Shown in pieces: positions 37,850 through 62,200 of a DNA stretch of 64,000 nt (the first letter of the stretch is position 1; each line of letters starts with the position of its first letter). The notes under the pieces are model-generated. The model was not told the DNA's origin. It saw nothing but the letters and a program-made list of their open reading frames with translations, and made no database searches. The position numbers and the translations under genes were made by a program. Source of the stretch: Podarcis cretensis (lineage: Eukaryota); contig OX638153.1 in assembly GCA_951804945.1 (NCBI GenBank), positions 30,504,001 to 30,568,000 of the forward strand. Direction: 5' to 3'.

Positions 37850-39560
37850 AGAAGAAATCGCGAAGAATTCGGGAGCGGGAGGCGCTGGGAACCTTCAGAG
37901 GTAGGAAGAGGGTCAGTGGGTTATTTCGAAAGGGTGTCCCGATGGCTCCAAAACTGACCCGCAGCCGATCCAAACGAAGAGCAAGGCTAAAAAGCCCCGC
38001 TGCTGCTGCTACAGCTGCCAGCATCGCTGCTCCCCTTCGGCGACCCGGCCCCCTTGGCGGCTCTTCCCTGAGGCACCAGGAGAGCGCCGTCGACGCCAGG
38101 GCTGGCGGCGGGGGCGCTCGGAGGACCGCGCTGCCGTGGCTCCTCCTAGAGGTGGTATGTGGAGAAGGACCCCCCTTCCCCTCCCTACCACCGGCCTCCA
38201 GAGCTGCCGCCATTGAAACCATACAATAAAAGCGACGGAAGGGAAAGGAGGAAGCGCGACGCGGGCATTGCGGCGGCGCCGGAGCGGAGGCGGCAGCAGG
38301 CGGGCAGGTGACCGGGAAGGCTCGGGGCGGGGGGGAAGGCTGCTCGGTTAATGCACCCCCGGAGGACAAGCCGTTGGGGCCCGCAGGGGAGGGTGGGGAA
38401 GGAGGAGGCCTGTCGCCGTCACTGGCCGCCCCCGCCCCTCACCCAAAGCGCCGCCGCGGGAAGGGAAGCGGCCCCCGAAAGCAGCCGCAGCCTCCCGCCG
38501 CCCCCCCATCCCCACGCATGGAGGCGATGCGGGGAGAGGCGCGTCATCCCCGGTAGGGAGCAACGCGAGGGGAAGAGAGAAAAGGCGGCAGAGCCAGCCG
38601 TTGAAACAGAAAAAAGCGGGAGTGGCGGCACCTCAGCGCGCGAGAGATGAGAATCTCTTCCCGCTGAGGCTGCGGCGCTTTTCCCGCTCCCGTTTTGTCC
38701 TCCTCAGAGGTCAAGAAAATGCCGCCGAGTGGCGTGAAGGGGGGGAAGGCGCCGCCGCCCTCTGCGCTCTTTCTCTCTAACCCCCCCCCCCATTTCTCTC
38801 GGGGGTCGCGATTCCCTCTCTCCCTCCCCACCGCACGGCTCTCCCAAGGGGGAGTGAGGTGAGGAGAGGTCACTTCCCCGGCGCTTCCCTTTCCGGGACG
38901 CCCTTTCAACGAGAGCCGGTTAACGGCATCTCAACCACTCCCCTCCCCCCCCCCCCCCCCGCTCATCTCGGGCCACAAGCAGAACGAGGAGAGAGGCGGG
39001 AATTTGACGAGAGAGCCTGGAGATAGACGCCTCCCCCACCCGCCCCGCCAGAGGCTAGGAGGACGGGAATTGCGCGGGAAAGGGAACGGCGTTGGTTTCC
39101 CAGAGTTCCCTGCGCCTGACTGGCGGCTCGCGCATAAGCGCACGCTCTCCATCCTGCCTCTTTAAACGCTGGCCCCCTCACGCCCACCCACACACCCCCT
39201 TTAAGAAAAAACTGCCAGCCCGCGTCTTTCAACCGTCCCACCTATGCGCGCGTGCCCTAAAGAACGTTAGGCGGGGCGGGTCCCTCAGTGCGCGCGCGCC
39301 CCGCCCCCGACTCCGTATTAGCAACATCTTCCTCCACGTTCTCGCTCGCTACGTAAATAAGTTTTAATGCTTTGGCGGTTTGAATTTGAAAGAAACAGAA
39401 AGGTTCCTGCTTGAATTTAAAGGCCAGCCCCTTTAAAGAATGGGGCGTTCTTATATGAGGACGAGCAATGTCACACCTCCCTCTTTTGAGAGGGAATGTT
39501 ATGGATGGAGGAAACGGCCGCGGAGCATGCGCAGTGCGTGTCTCTATGAAGCGCTGTGTG
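37850..39560. promoter_or_regulatory. CpG island and promoter of MACROH2A2, with a probable non-coding exon 1 ending at 38307
   Basis: Very high GC and CpG, GC boxes, YY1-like GCCGCCATT at 38206-38214, and a donor-like cag|gtgacc at 38307/38308 (exon 1 boundary tentative). Confidence 0.8.
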
Positions 39561-42341
39561 TGTGAATTGCGAGGTCTTGAGGTTTCTTGTTTTGTTTCTC
39601 CAAATGGTTGTCTACCTCTTTTTGCATTTTCTCTTATTGTCCCACGCAGCCCCTCAACCGATCACTACTGCCATAATAAAAAAGATCACATATAATGGTT
39701 ATTTCAGCCACTTTAACAGGGATGTAAATGTTTTAGATAAATAAGATCTATATTTTCTGCATCGTGCCAGAAGATTCAGTGGAAATAATGAAGTTGCCAC
39801 ATAATTTGAGCAATCTGATCTCCCTGTCATTTAGGCCCAGTTCCCACTGAATTGGTAGTCTGGTGATTCCCTTCTCCTTAACATCTAGTCTAAGTTTATA
39901 TACCGTACTTTTCTGTATGGGGAACATTCAATCATGGATATCTCCCCCTGCAATCAGAAGTGCTGCAGCCACTTATAATGCTATATTTCTTAACTTTTCA
40001 TTCTTGTTTTTGTAATTTGTATTTGTGGTTTTACATATTTAGGTAATATTTGTGTGTTTTTCTGTGCACTGCTTAGAAATATTTTATATATTAAGCAGTA
40101 TAGAAATGATCTTAAATGCATTTTCTTTTTTAAGAAAAGAAAAATCAGAAGTGCCCTTTATGTGCTTAGGAAACAAGTGAGAAGGAGAAGCAGTATCGGC
40201 ATGTCTGCTGGCCTTGCCCACAACCTGTACACCTTCGGTTGAAGGTTTGGTTTGCTATATATTTGGGAGCCCTAAGCTTCCAAACCTTACACTGAATGTA
40301 TGAAGGTGATGGATGAGAAGTCAGTAGGCAAACTGGAGATGGGACCAGTGGGCTCCACGCCCTCCTCTCCCCTGATTCCCTGAATGCATGGAGAGCATTT
40401 CTGAACAGGGCTCACATCAACTAGATAACACATGAATTAGGTCGCCCTATCTCAGAAATACAAGTAGACATGCAGCTTTCTACATGAATGCAAAATATTG
40501 TGTAAGCTAACATCAGAAATCTATCCACAGACAACCCTTCTACCTTCTGGGGTTTTCACTTTTCCTATGTTTCTGTATCTTAAAGAACTACAAGTCTGAC
40601 AGGAATTGCATTAAACAGGTGCAGTTTGCTTTATTGTTTTATCCTCATTCTGAGAATGCTGCGGCTGTTTGAATTTCAGCATATAATTTGGTACGGGCAA
40701 ATCCTATTTTGTGCACATTTGATGCACATATGACCGTGCACACACTTGCCAGGTTTGGTACCAGAAGAGGGCGGAATGAGCTTACACGCAGTCCACTGAC
40801 TGCGCACAATGACCTGGGACGTAACCTCCGCATAAATGGGTTGCCTGCATTGAAGGCAGAGAGCCTCTGCCAGGGGAAAAGGTTGCCATCCTATTTCCCT
40901 TCACATAGGCACACAAAAGCTACACAGCACAAACAAATAACAGTATAATGATGCATTTAACTAAGCCTAAGTACATGTAACTGAAATAATTGCAGTTACT
41001 TGCCCTTTTGATCACTGCTCCATTTTCCTCCCCTTTGTTGTCTCCTGTGTGCCTCTTTCACTTTGTAAAATGCCAAGCACACAATGGGCATTATGTACAG
41101 AATCGGGTGTGGGGGTGTGGCCTAGTTTCTGAGCAAATACACGCTATTTTACCAGATGTGTGTAAGTCAGGTACATCTCCAAAGTTAGATCACAACCCTG
41201 AGATCCATTTATCTCTATGCTAGGACAAGTTTCATCTGTGTATGAGGCTTCCAGGTTAAAAGCCACAGATCAGGTCAAATAAAAAATGGAAATTACTTAT
41301 ATATTACTTATTACCTATAAGATATATATGCCTTTGTGGCCATATGGAATCAAAATATAGTGCATTCTGATGCAATGGAGGATACAGCTTCCGTATTTTT
41401 TCATAGTTGTGTAGCAAAGACAATTTCAACAGGTACAATTATGCTCACTCCTTCATGACAAAGCTGTGCCTTTCAGAAAATTTCACTTTACACAATTTTT
41501 AAAAGTATAGAAGCCTATTTTTAGTTTGCGTTGGAACAGCCTAGGATAATATGAGAGTCTATTACATGAACAGGTTTGGTTGTAATAGGAGAAATTGAAT
41601 CAGACAAATGGGACATATATCCAGTGTTGCAGTGCAGAGTGCTCTTGCTCACTGTTCCAGTCAGTACCCTTTCTCCAGGATACTCGATTCCATTTCCCCA
41701 CATGGTTCTCCAGATCCCCCAGGCAAATCAGTGTTTCGTGGTCACAGTCTTCACCCTGTTTATGAGGTGTGTCTCTCACAGGTTTTTTTCTCTCTCAATT
41801 GTTTTTTGTTGTACTGTACTTCTGCAACATGGGGTTCCTTCACACCTGTTCATAACATCATATGTGTGTGTGATAAAGGTCTTGCTGCCTAAGCACTGAC
41901 ACCCACATGAACATCAGACGAAGAAACTGACTATGAAAACTTTGTTTCAGATGTATCATGGATGTTGGCAGCTGTGCCATGTTAGTTGTTCACCTTGTGG
42001 ACTAGTTGGTACAATATTGAAGGTATTGTTTCCATACCAATTACATTACTATAGGTCATTTATGTTTTGCAGTTTGTTAAGGGTTGCTGGCAATTCTAAT
42101 TCTGTTGGGGGCAAACTACAAAGCCCAGAATTCTTTGCAGGGGAACATGTTCTGAATGTATAGCGTAGCCAGATATAGTCTGTACACAGCCTTAAATCTT
42201 GCTCCCCTACATTTTTTTAAAAATCCAGCTCCTATTATATCACACCCAATATCAATCCTTGTTTCACCCTTTGTATGTTTTATATTAGGACAAACAAATA
42301 AGAATAATCTGCCAGAAGACTGAAAAACACAGAGTGACAAC

Positions 42342-53950
<11,609 letters not shown>

Positions 53951-54781
53951 CAACAGAAGCCAAATGAAAATTTATTTTTCAACATGAATATGAGTAGGAA
54001 TGAATTAGAAGTGGGTTTTATTTTTAAAATATTGTGAGGACGGAGTATGTGAGTAGCTTTGAAGTTTTGTGATGGGTGGAGGGCTTTTGTTAATTGGGGG
54101 GGAGAAGGGGAATTTGTTTGGGAGAATTTGATCAGCAATTATACCATGCTTTAGGCACCCTCTACCATTTTGTATCACCCCTAAGAAATTACATTGCCAG
54201 CTCTCTTTACCTTTTAATGTCTCAAGTTATTTTAGTTTAGACCTTTTAAAGATTAATCTCATTTTAGAGTAGCAAGACAATTCAACACAGTGGGTGGGAA
54301 AATGAATTGTTTGCTCTTTCTTTCCCCACTGGTAGTTAGAAAACCTTGTTATGTCTACATTCCATGTTGGAGAAAGTAATTTCAAAGAAAACTTCACTTG
54401 GTGCTTTACTGTTTTACCCCAGAATGAACTGTAATTGCTGAGAATATTTCATCTTATTTGTTTTTATATAAAAAAATGTGGCATCATGCTTTTTAAAAAC
54501 TTGAAACTCAAAACCTTTTCACTTAAGACTTATTCTCAAGGGAAAGTATCTTCAGTTTTATGACAGAGAAGTCTCTTGGAACAATGAGACCAGTTCCATC
54601 CTAGTCTCTCATTCAGCAGTGCCACTGGGAAAGATAGGTGGAACGGACTATATTGTAGTTTTGTGCTACTAAAAGACACCACAGAATCTGACAAATGGAG
54701 GGGGGATGCAAATGTACTAAAAAAAAGCAACCATGCAGTCACAAATTGTAGTTGAATTTCCCCACCAAAAAAAATCAGGTA

Positions 54782-54972
54782 CAGTCATACCTCATGTTGC
54801 GTCCGCTTCATGTGCATCTTTTCGGGTTATGTCCCACGGCAACCCGGAAGTGCCGAAATGGGTTACTTCCAGGTTTCGCCGCATGCACACATGCAGCGCT
54901 TTGAGTTGCGGGCATTTCACATTACAGACGGGCCTCCGGAACAGATCCCATCCGTAACATGAGGTACCACTG
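54782..54972 (+). mobile_element. Mariner-type MITE
   Basis: TIRs cagtcatacctcatgtt/aacatgaggtaccactg with TA TSD. Confidence 0.85.
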
Positions 54973-55065
54973 TACGTGTAAGTCTCCTAGATTTCAGCTG
55001 TTGAGCTTTAGGGGAGTACATAAAGTGCTCAACTTTAGTTGAATAGTGCCCAGTGTGTTATACAG

Positions 55066-55071
55066 TTTATT
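55066..55071 (-). terminator. Candidate AIFM2 poly(A) signal
   Basis: First canonical AATAAA on the minus strand downstream of the stop, about 1 kb away; ATTAAA variants occur earlier. Confidence 0.4.
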
Positions 55072-55766
55072 TTGAAGTCAGTGTTAGTTCCATTCCTTCT
55101 CAAGAAGACAAAAACCAGCTTCACTAAACTGCCCACTTCTGCTCTCATCCATGAACAATGGGAGTAATATGATGAGGCACCTTTATGTTTGTTCTTGAAA
55201 TATCATCATCATCATCATCAACAACAAAGAGCTATATTATGATGGGTGAAAGTTTTGAACACAGAAAAAAGTAGTGCATAATGGAATGTTATTTTACATT
55301 TACCTTTTATCTACTTTGAAATAGACGACCGTGTGTTGGTGGCAAGGAAAAATAGGTATGTTGCTGTCATTTTAGATTTTTTAATCAAAACGATTCTGCA
55401 CACACGCACAGGTTTGTTCATAAAGGTTTCAATGTTCCATTCTTGACCCTTAGGTAGAAGGAAAACACTCAACTTGTAAATACATTTTTAAAAACAAAAA
55501 ACTTCACTTTTTGAGGTCATCATACTGTATTGTTTAAGAAACAAACAACTTTCAACACACACAAAATATGTAAAGTAACAACAACTGCAGTGTTGAGGTC
55601 CTAGGAACTGATAAGTTCTAAAGCTTGAGCTATTCCACATCATAGCTTACACAGTTTTGGGAGCTGCATGGACCAACTGCCCTAAACCTTTTGGGCTTGG
55701 ATCAGCTAGAAGTCAATATAAATATATTCTAAGGGAAATCGTTTGCTTAAAAGAGGTAGGTTTAAG

Positions 55767-55767
<1 letters not shown>

Positions 55768-55808
<41 letters not shown>
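55768..55808. repeat. (TA)20 microsatellite
   Basis: Read directly. Confidence 0.95.
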
Positions 55809-55811
<3 letters not shown>

Positions 55812-56112
55812 AAACTCAAGCAGACAAGACACACATAGTTCAATGAATACAGCACAAACAGATTGTAGGTTGCTACTTATTTTAATTCAAGAACTTTCAG
55901 AATCCATTATAGCTTATGAACCAGATAGTAAAAATGATCCCAAGGTCCAATGTAAAATATAGCCTTGGATAAGATATACAAACCATATATGACAAAAGTT
56001 AAGCTTTTTAAAATTAGTAATAACTACCCAACTCTTCTTTAATTGAAAGGTATATTCTTTTTTGGCACTGGTCCTGTTGCACCTGCATCTTTTCTTGCAA
56101 GCCCCTTTCTAT

Positions 56113-56267
56113 CTAGCATGGCATACACTGACCCATCTTTCTCCAGCTTTGTGAGACGAAAAGATCCCTGCTTTTAACTACTGTCACTAAGAGATGTCCC
56201 ACGTAGTAGTCACTGATTTGGCCCACTCCATCACATCTTCCCAGTGATATCAAAAATGTGAGTGATC
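56113..56267 (-). CDS. AIFM2: AIFM2 last coding exon
   Basis: [16 protein letters not shown]...[20 protein letters not shown]. Confidence 0.95.
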
Positions 56268-59200
56268 CTGAAGGGGACACAAAGATTTATAAAGCTGTAT
56301 TATTTACTTTAAGTCATTTATTTAACCCACATTTCATGCAAAGTCCATATTCCCCACTCATAAGAGCTATCGAGGCCTTGTTCACACATTTAATTAGCAA
56401 CTATTATTTCTCCACCCGAACAAAGTATGGAATGAACCAGCAGTACAAGAGATTGTAGGAAGTCCCCTAAAGTAGCAGCTTCAAACTCTGGTGCAGTTAT
56501 GGAAGCTCCTGTCATACCCCCTCTAATGCACATTTGTTGAAGACATGTAAGAGAGACATGAAGGCACAAAACAAAACTTACCTGGTGTATAGGTTTTCAG
56601 AGGCTTCTGTGTCAGGCTGTTGACAATGTTTGTCACTGCAACATCTGCATGGAGCCCAGCGTGGTATGCCATTTTTGGCTCGTTCACATCAGCACAATCA
56701 CCAATAGCATAAATGTTATCATATCCTTTAACCTGAAGGTACTCATTCACTTGCAAAGCACCATTACTTGCCAGCTTGTTGCCTAATGATGGATGATGGA
56801 ATTAAATCAGTATGTAGTTCCATGAACTATGTAATTCAGTTTAACCTGTCTTTATTGGTCTTATGGAAACCATGAACTCTCCACAAGCCACAAAACAACG
56901 TTATCTTTATAATATAGATATATCAGAAGTGCCCATTTTAGTATATTTTCTTCCAAAGTCCCAGGTCTAAAAATGATTAAAATACATGCAGAATGTTATC
57001 CCTCACTTCAACCCTATGCATGTCTACTCAGAAGCAAGACTTCAGTGGGACTTACTCCCAGCTATGTGTGCATAGGATGTGTGCCTTAATTATCTTCCAA
57101 AAGCTAGCAGTGGAGGCAGATACTACGTGGTAGGGCCAGCTATATGAATAAAAGGTCAACTTTAAAAGGCATTCATTAGCCAACAAATGAATACCGCTAG
57201 CCTGGCGCCTTCTGAAACTAAGTACAAAGTTACAATTCCAATTTATAATTGAGACATGAGGACTGGAATAACTATATTTCCTTAAACATGAAGTCAGGGT
57301 GGGAAATAACTTACTGAATGCACTGCTGTATGCTGCAGAATTGACTTTTATCCCAGTGCAGAGAATCACCATGTCGGTAACAATCTCTGTACCTTTGTCT
57401 GTCTTCACTATCATGTTCTCTTTGAATTGGTTTAAAGTCAGCGATTGCAGGTTTTCAACTTTCTGACCTGTTGTAAGCAGCCAAAAAACAAAAACAAGGA
57501 CACCATATGTCACTGAACCACTGCAACAATCGTGCTCCCATCCTCTTGTGCTTTAAGGTATTTATTCCTCAAAAGGATGTTGGTTAACTTTAAATTTTAG
57601 AACAAGGGTGGGGGGAACTTTTTCAGACAGGGTGCTCAGGAAGGCTGGAATATGTTAAACTGGACACATGGCATGGCCTGCAGAATCCCACAGGTCAGAT
57701 AAAAGATCTGGAGAACCTACATTCAGTCCCCAACCCTGTTTTATATTTACCATAACTTAAAAGTAACCAAGTGCCCAGTTCAAAACTTCCAATACGGTTT
57801 TGTTTAAAAAAGACGTGTTACTAACCCTCCTGGTTATAAAGAAAATCTTGGAACTCTATTATATGAGCAACTTCTAATTATAAAAATTGGGTTGGAACTT
57901 GGTCCCAGGGAGGACTTCACATTGTATACAGCTCCTGAGCAAAAACACATTTCAGTTAAAATAAATACACAATATCCTCACCAAGTAACCTGAAATAAAA
58001 TAGGAACGAAGTACTGTCTAATCTTATGCTTGTCTACTCAGAAGCAATGCTCTCCAAGTCCAATGGGAGTACAGTATTCCAACTTACATGAAAGTTGCCA
58101 TAGTATGTAATCCCCATGAACCACTCTAAATAACATTTTTGAGCAACGTACAAAATACAAACACTGTATGTCCTAATTTGACATGTGCATGCATGTTAAC
58201 CATTTATGCTACTAAAATACGAGCAGGGGCTCAATCCTCTTTGCCAATTGTTCCTGTGTATTATTTTAAAAGTAGCTAAATAAATTACATGAGCATAGTT
58301 TCATTGAGATGCACAGTGTATGTATACCAAAGCACAAAAAGAAACTCTTCTGAAGCAACCCTTAATCGGTCTGGAAACGTTTAAGAGGAAAGATCATTTT
58401 CAGCTTTCCTAGGAGACAATTACATGCAATAAATGAGCTATGTACCTACTCAATAAGAGATGTACCCCCTCTTTTAAAAGGGACTCCTTCACCTCCTGCC
58501 GAACTCTGGGGAGCACTTCTGCATCTGCCAGTGCAACTTTTGAGTGAATAAGGGTGACCTGGGGACAAAACCACATTGTTGAATTTGTGGGTGTTAACAG
58601 CAAAGACTCATTACCTGTCTGCAATATCAATTTAACCAGGTTTTCGATTACTACAGAGGCAACATTCTCACATTGTGGTAAATCGTAGTAAAGCATAGGT
58701 TCCCATGCATGGGCCCCTTTGTTCCTTTTTAGGGAGAAAATAAAATAAAAAGTTGGTGGCTTAGTGTTCCATTCAAATCAGGGATCAGGGTTTGTTTCTC
58801 TCAAACCACAATCAGTAGACCTTAGCTTATCATGGTTTGCTTGGTGTAAAAGAAACCACAATTCCTGGTTCAGACACTACACTAAGCCAGGGAATATGGT
58901 TAAGTGGGTGCAACTGGTTTCATGCATGGTAAATAGCTTACCTAGTATATCATGACACCTAAATGTGGCCATTGAGAGCCCCTAAAATCATGCAGCTTTT
59001 CAAATTTTTGTCTGCTATGCTGGCAACTAGATCTGGATCACTCCCCGTCCCCCGCAAAAGTAAAGCTTTGGCTTACAGAAGACATAGCAAGCTAGAATCC
59101 ACTACACAGCCAAAGAAAATTGAGTCCCTGGATTACAATTCAACATAACAGTAGAACTGGGCAACAACTCATCCAAACTGCAATTTCTCTACTTAAAAAA

Positions 59201-62200
59201 AAGACCAAAAAAAGAGGAATTAGCCAAACCTGTAGCGTTGAGCATACATTTAAAGACAAAGCAATAGAAGAGGAAAAAACACCAAGCACCCATTCACTTT
59301 TAAAAATAAAATAATTTGAACTGTAATCCTGTGCATACTTAGCTGGAAGCAAGTCCCAATGAACACAGTGGAACTTGTTCCCAAGTAACCATGCACAGAA
59401 TTGCAGTTATCTGTTAGGGGGCAGGGGTAAAGAAATGTAAAAAACTATAGAGATATTTAGAATCACACACACAAACATTAAAGAGTCCACACTTACGGCA
59501 ACCCTTGTCTATTCTGGGGAAATTTCAATTACCAGAGGAATAAAATGGTGAACGGTAGTGTCACTTGTGGCTCCTACCTCTTTGTTGGGATACTTCGTCT
59601 TAACCTCCGCAGCCATTTCAACACCAGCAGAACCACCCCCCACAATTACTATGCGGGGAGATTTTTCAACCTTTCAAAACCAGGAGAAACGAGAGAGTTT
59701 AGATATTATGTTAATATGTCTTCATAATTTTAAGCAGGATGGTGCCCGACATCTCCACCATTTGGATGTGCATGCCTGGGATCCTTGGATCTTGCCTGTT
59801 TTCACATGCTAACAACGCATCCTGTGGAATTATATCTGTAATATTTTATCTGTACCATCAGAGCGAATTTCAGGAACCCAAAAGTTGTCTTGAAAAATAC
59901 AACTCTTGAGCCTTCTGGCCGCCAAATGGAAACTAGGCATTCCGTTTTGGCAACTGTAACCCTGGTTTAAGGAACCATTTGATGCCAAGCTTATATGTCT
60001 GAGTTTCTGATTGAAAGGGAGTATTTGGACTTGCCCAACTGCCATCTTGCCAGAAGTCAGCCTTAAGTGGCACTTTAGTGAGCCAAGTAGGTCCATGTAC
60101 AGACCCTAGACACAGACATACACAAGGTAAAAAGACCAATTTCCCACCAAAAGGAATTTGCAGCATCACCTCGTGAACCATGTCCTCGTACGTCTGAATA
60201 GCAGACTGCATGTCCATGGGTTTGTCAAATTTTCCTGGGAAAGGCCCATCACTCCCTGTGGCAAGGATCAGGTGGGAATAGCAGAGCTGCTAAAAAGAGA
60301 TGTTAAAAGAGTGTCAGTCGGACCTTCTTGCAATTCATGTCTACAGGCTACCACAGATTTTAGCCTCAATGCACTCACTTCACCATCATTCAACAGGACA
60401 TGCCGTTTCTCCAAGTCAATTCCAATTACCAGACCCTGCCGGAAACTGCCTCCGAAGGTCTTGGAGAAGGAGATGAAAGTTTTCTTGGCAAATCCTGCAA
60501 AATGATGTATAGAATTTTCAGGACATTAATGGTACTTAAAGAGCAAGACTACAAAGAAGTTAAATATTTAATACGTGTATGGCCTAGTCTATGTGTGTGG
60601 CAGGATGAGAAGGTAGAAGCCCAAAGTAATAGGAGTAGACCGCCGGGGGTGCATGTTACATTCAGAGTGTACACCCCCCCAAACCCCCCCTGCAAGTTAA
60701 AATAGCAACCTATAACAGAAACAAAAACACTTCAGTCCCACCTACCTGCAGGTCCACACCATGTGTTTAAATCACACGCAGCTGTATTCATGGAAAAGAG
60801 ACTGACGAGGTATGATAGCTATCTCCAAATATCTAAAGAGCTGTCACATGGAGGATGGAGCAAGCTTGTTTTCTCCTGCTCTGGAGGGCAGGACCCAAAC
60901 CAATGGATTCAAGTTACAAGAAAGAAGATTCTGGCTAAACATCAGGAAGAATTTTCTGACAGTGCAAGCTGTTTGACAATGGAACGGACTTCCTCGGGAG
61001 GTTGTGGACTCGCTTTCCTTGGAGGTTTTTTTGGGTGTGTTTTAAATGTAAGGCCTGGATCTGCTCCAGTTTCTAGGTATAGTGAACTTTTTACAAAAGG
61101 CAACACAAAAAGAGAAAACTTAATAATAAATTAGGGTCCTTTATACCACCACGGGGACGCAGGTGGCGCTGTGGGTTAAAGCCTCAGCGCCTAGGACTTG
61201 CCGATCGAAAGGTCGGCGGTTCGAATCCCTGCGGTGGGGTGCGCTCCCGCTGCTCGGTCCCAGCGCCTGCCAACCTAGCAGTTCGAAAGCACCTCTGGGT
61301 GCAAGTAGATAAATAGGGACCGCTTACCAGCGGGAAGGTAAACGGCGTTTCCGTGTGCGGCTCTGGCCAGAGCAGCGATGTCACGCTGGCCACGTGACCC
61401 GGAAGTGTCTCCGGACAGCGCTGGCCCCTGGCCTCTTGAGTGAGATGGGCGCACAACCCCAGAGTCTGTCAAGACTGGCCCGTACGGGCAGGGGTACCTT
61501 TACCTTTTTTTATACCACCACAGGCCTTAACCACCTCATTCTGCTGCATGCGTAGACTAGGCCTCAGTCATAATTCTGCCACACAAACATTAAGGTTCCC
61601 AAAACTCCCAAAACCTTGCCGTATGAATATACCTATATTTTTTCTGTCTGATTCTTCTACCAATGTATTCAGAGCAGTATACAGTGTAAAAAAGTGGCAT
61701 AAATCACTGTACAACTACCAATTTCTAAAAGCAAAGAAAATACAACCAATCCTTCAGATCAACAACACAGAAATGGAACAGAAGAGAAAGGATCAAGGTG
61801 TTGCTCAGGTGCCCCCAGGCTTCTCAAGTTGCTAAATCACAGAATTTCAACCCAGTATCCTGAACTGGTTTAATTTCGAAACATTTTCTTGTTAGAGCAG
61901 GTCCATATAACTTCTTGTCTCCTCAAACCAATATTGTCACTGTGGGTGCAGTAAACCTCATTATCACTCCCATCTGCGACTGCAAAAACGAAGGAATGTC
62001 AAGTACTTCAAGTGGGAGAATCACAGGGTGCTACCTGGAAACTGTGTTCAGCTTAGCAATTCACACAGCAGCAAAATCTGCCTAAAGATTTACAGGGCAT
62101 TTAAAAGAAAAAGAAAAAGAAAAAGGTCGTTTCCCAGCATATGGCCCTGACAGGAAAGGACCCATCATGTTGTTGGGGACAAGGGCAGGGAGAGAAACAA

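Noticed and set aside
37848-39367. Many overlapping ORFs (up to 173 aa) rich in Ala/Gly/Pro/Arg
   Set aside because: An expected artefact of a stop-poor CpG island; no recognisable domain.
41640-41725. Minus-strand PGGSGEP / PGER collagen-like words
   Set aside because: No continuous Gly-X-Y periodicity or splice sites.
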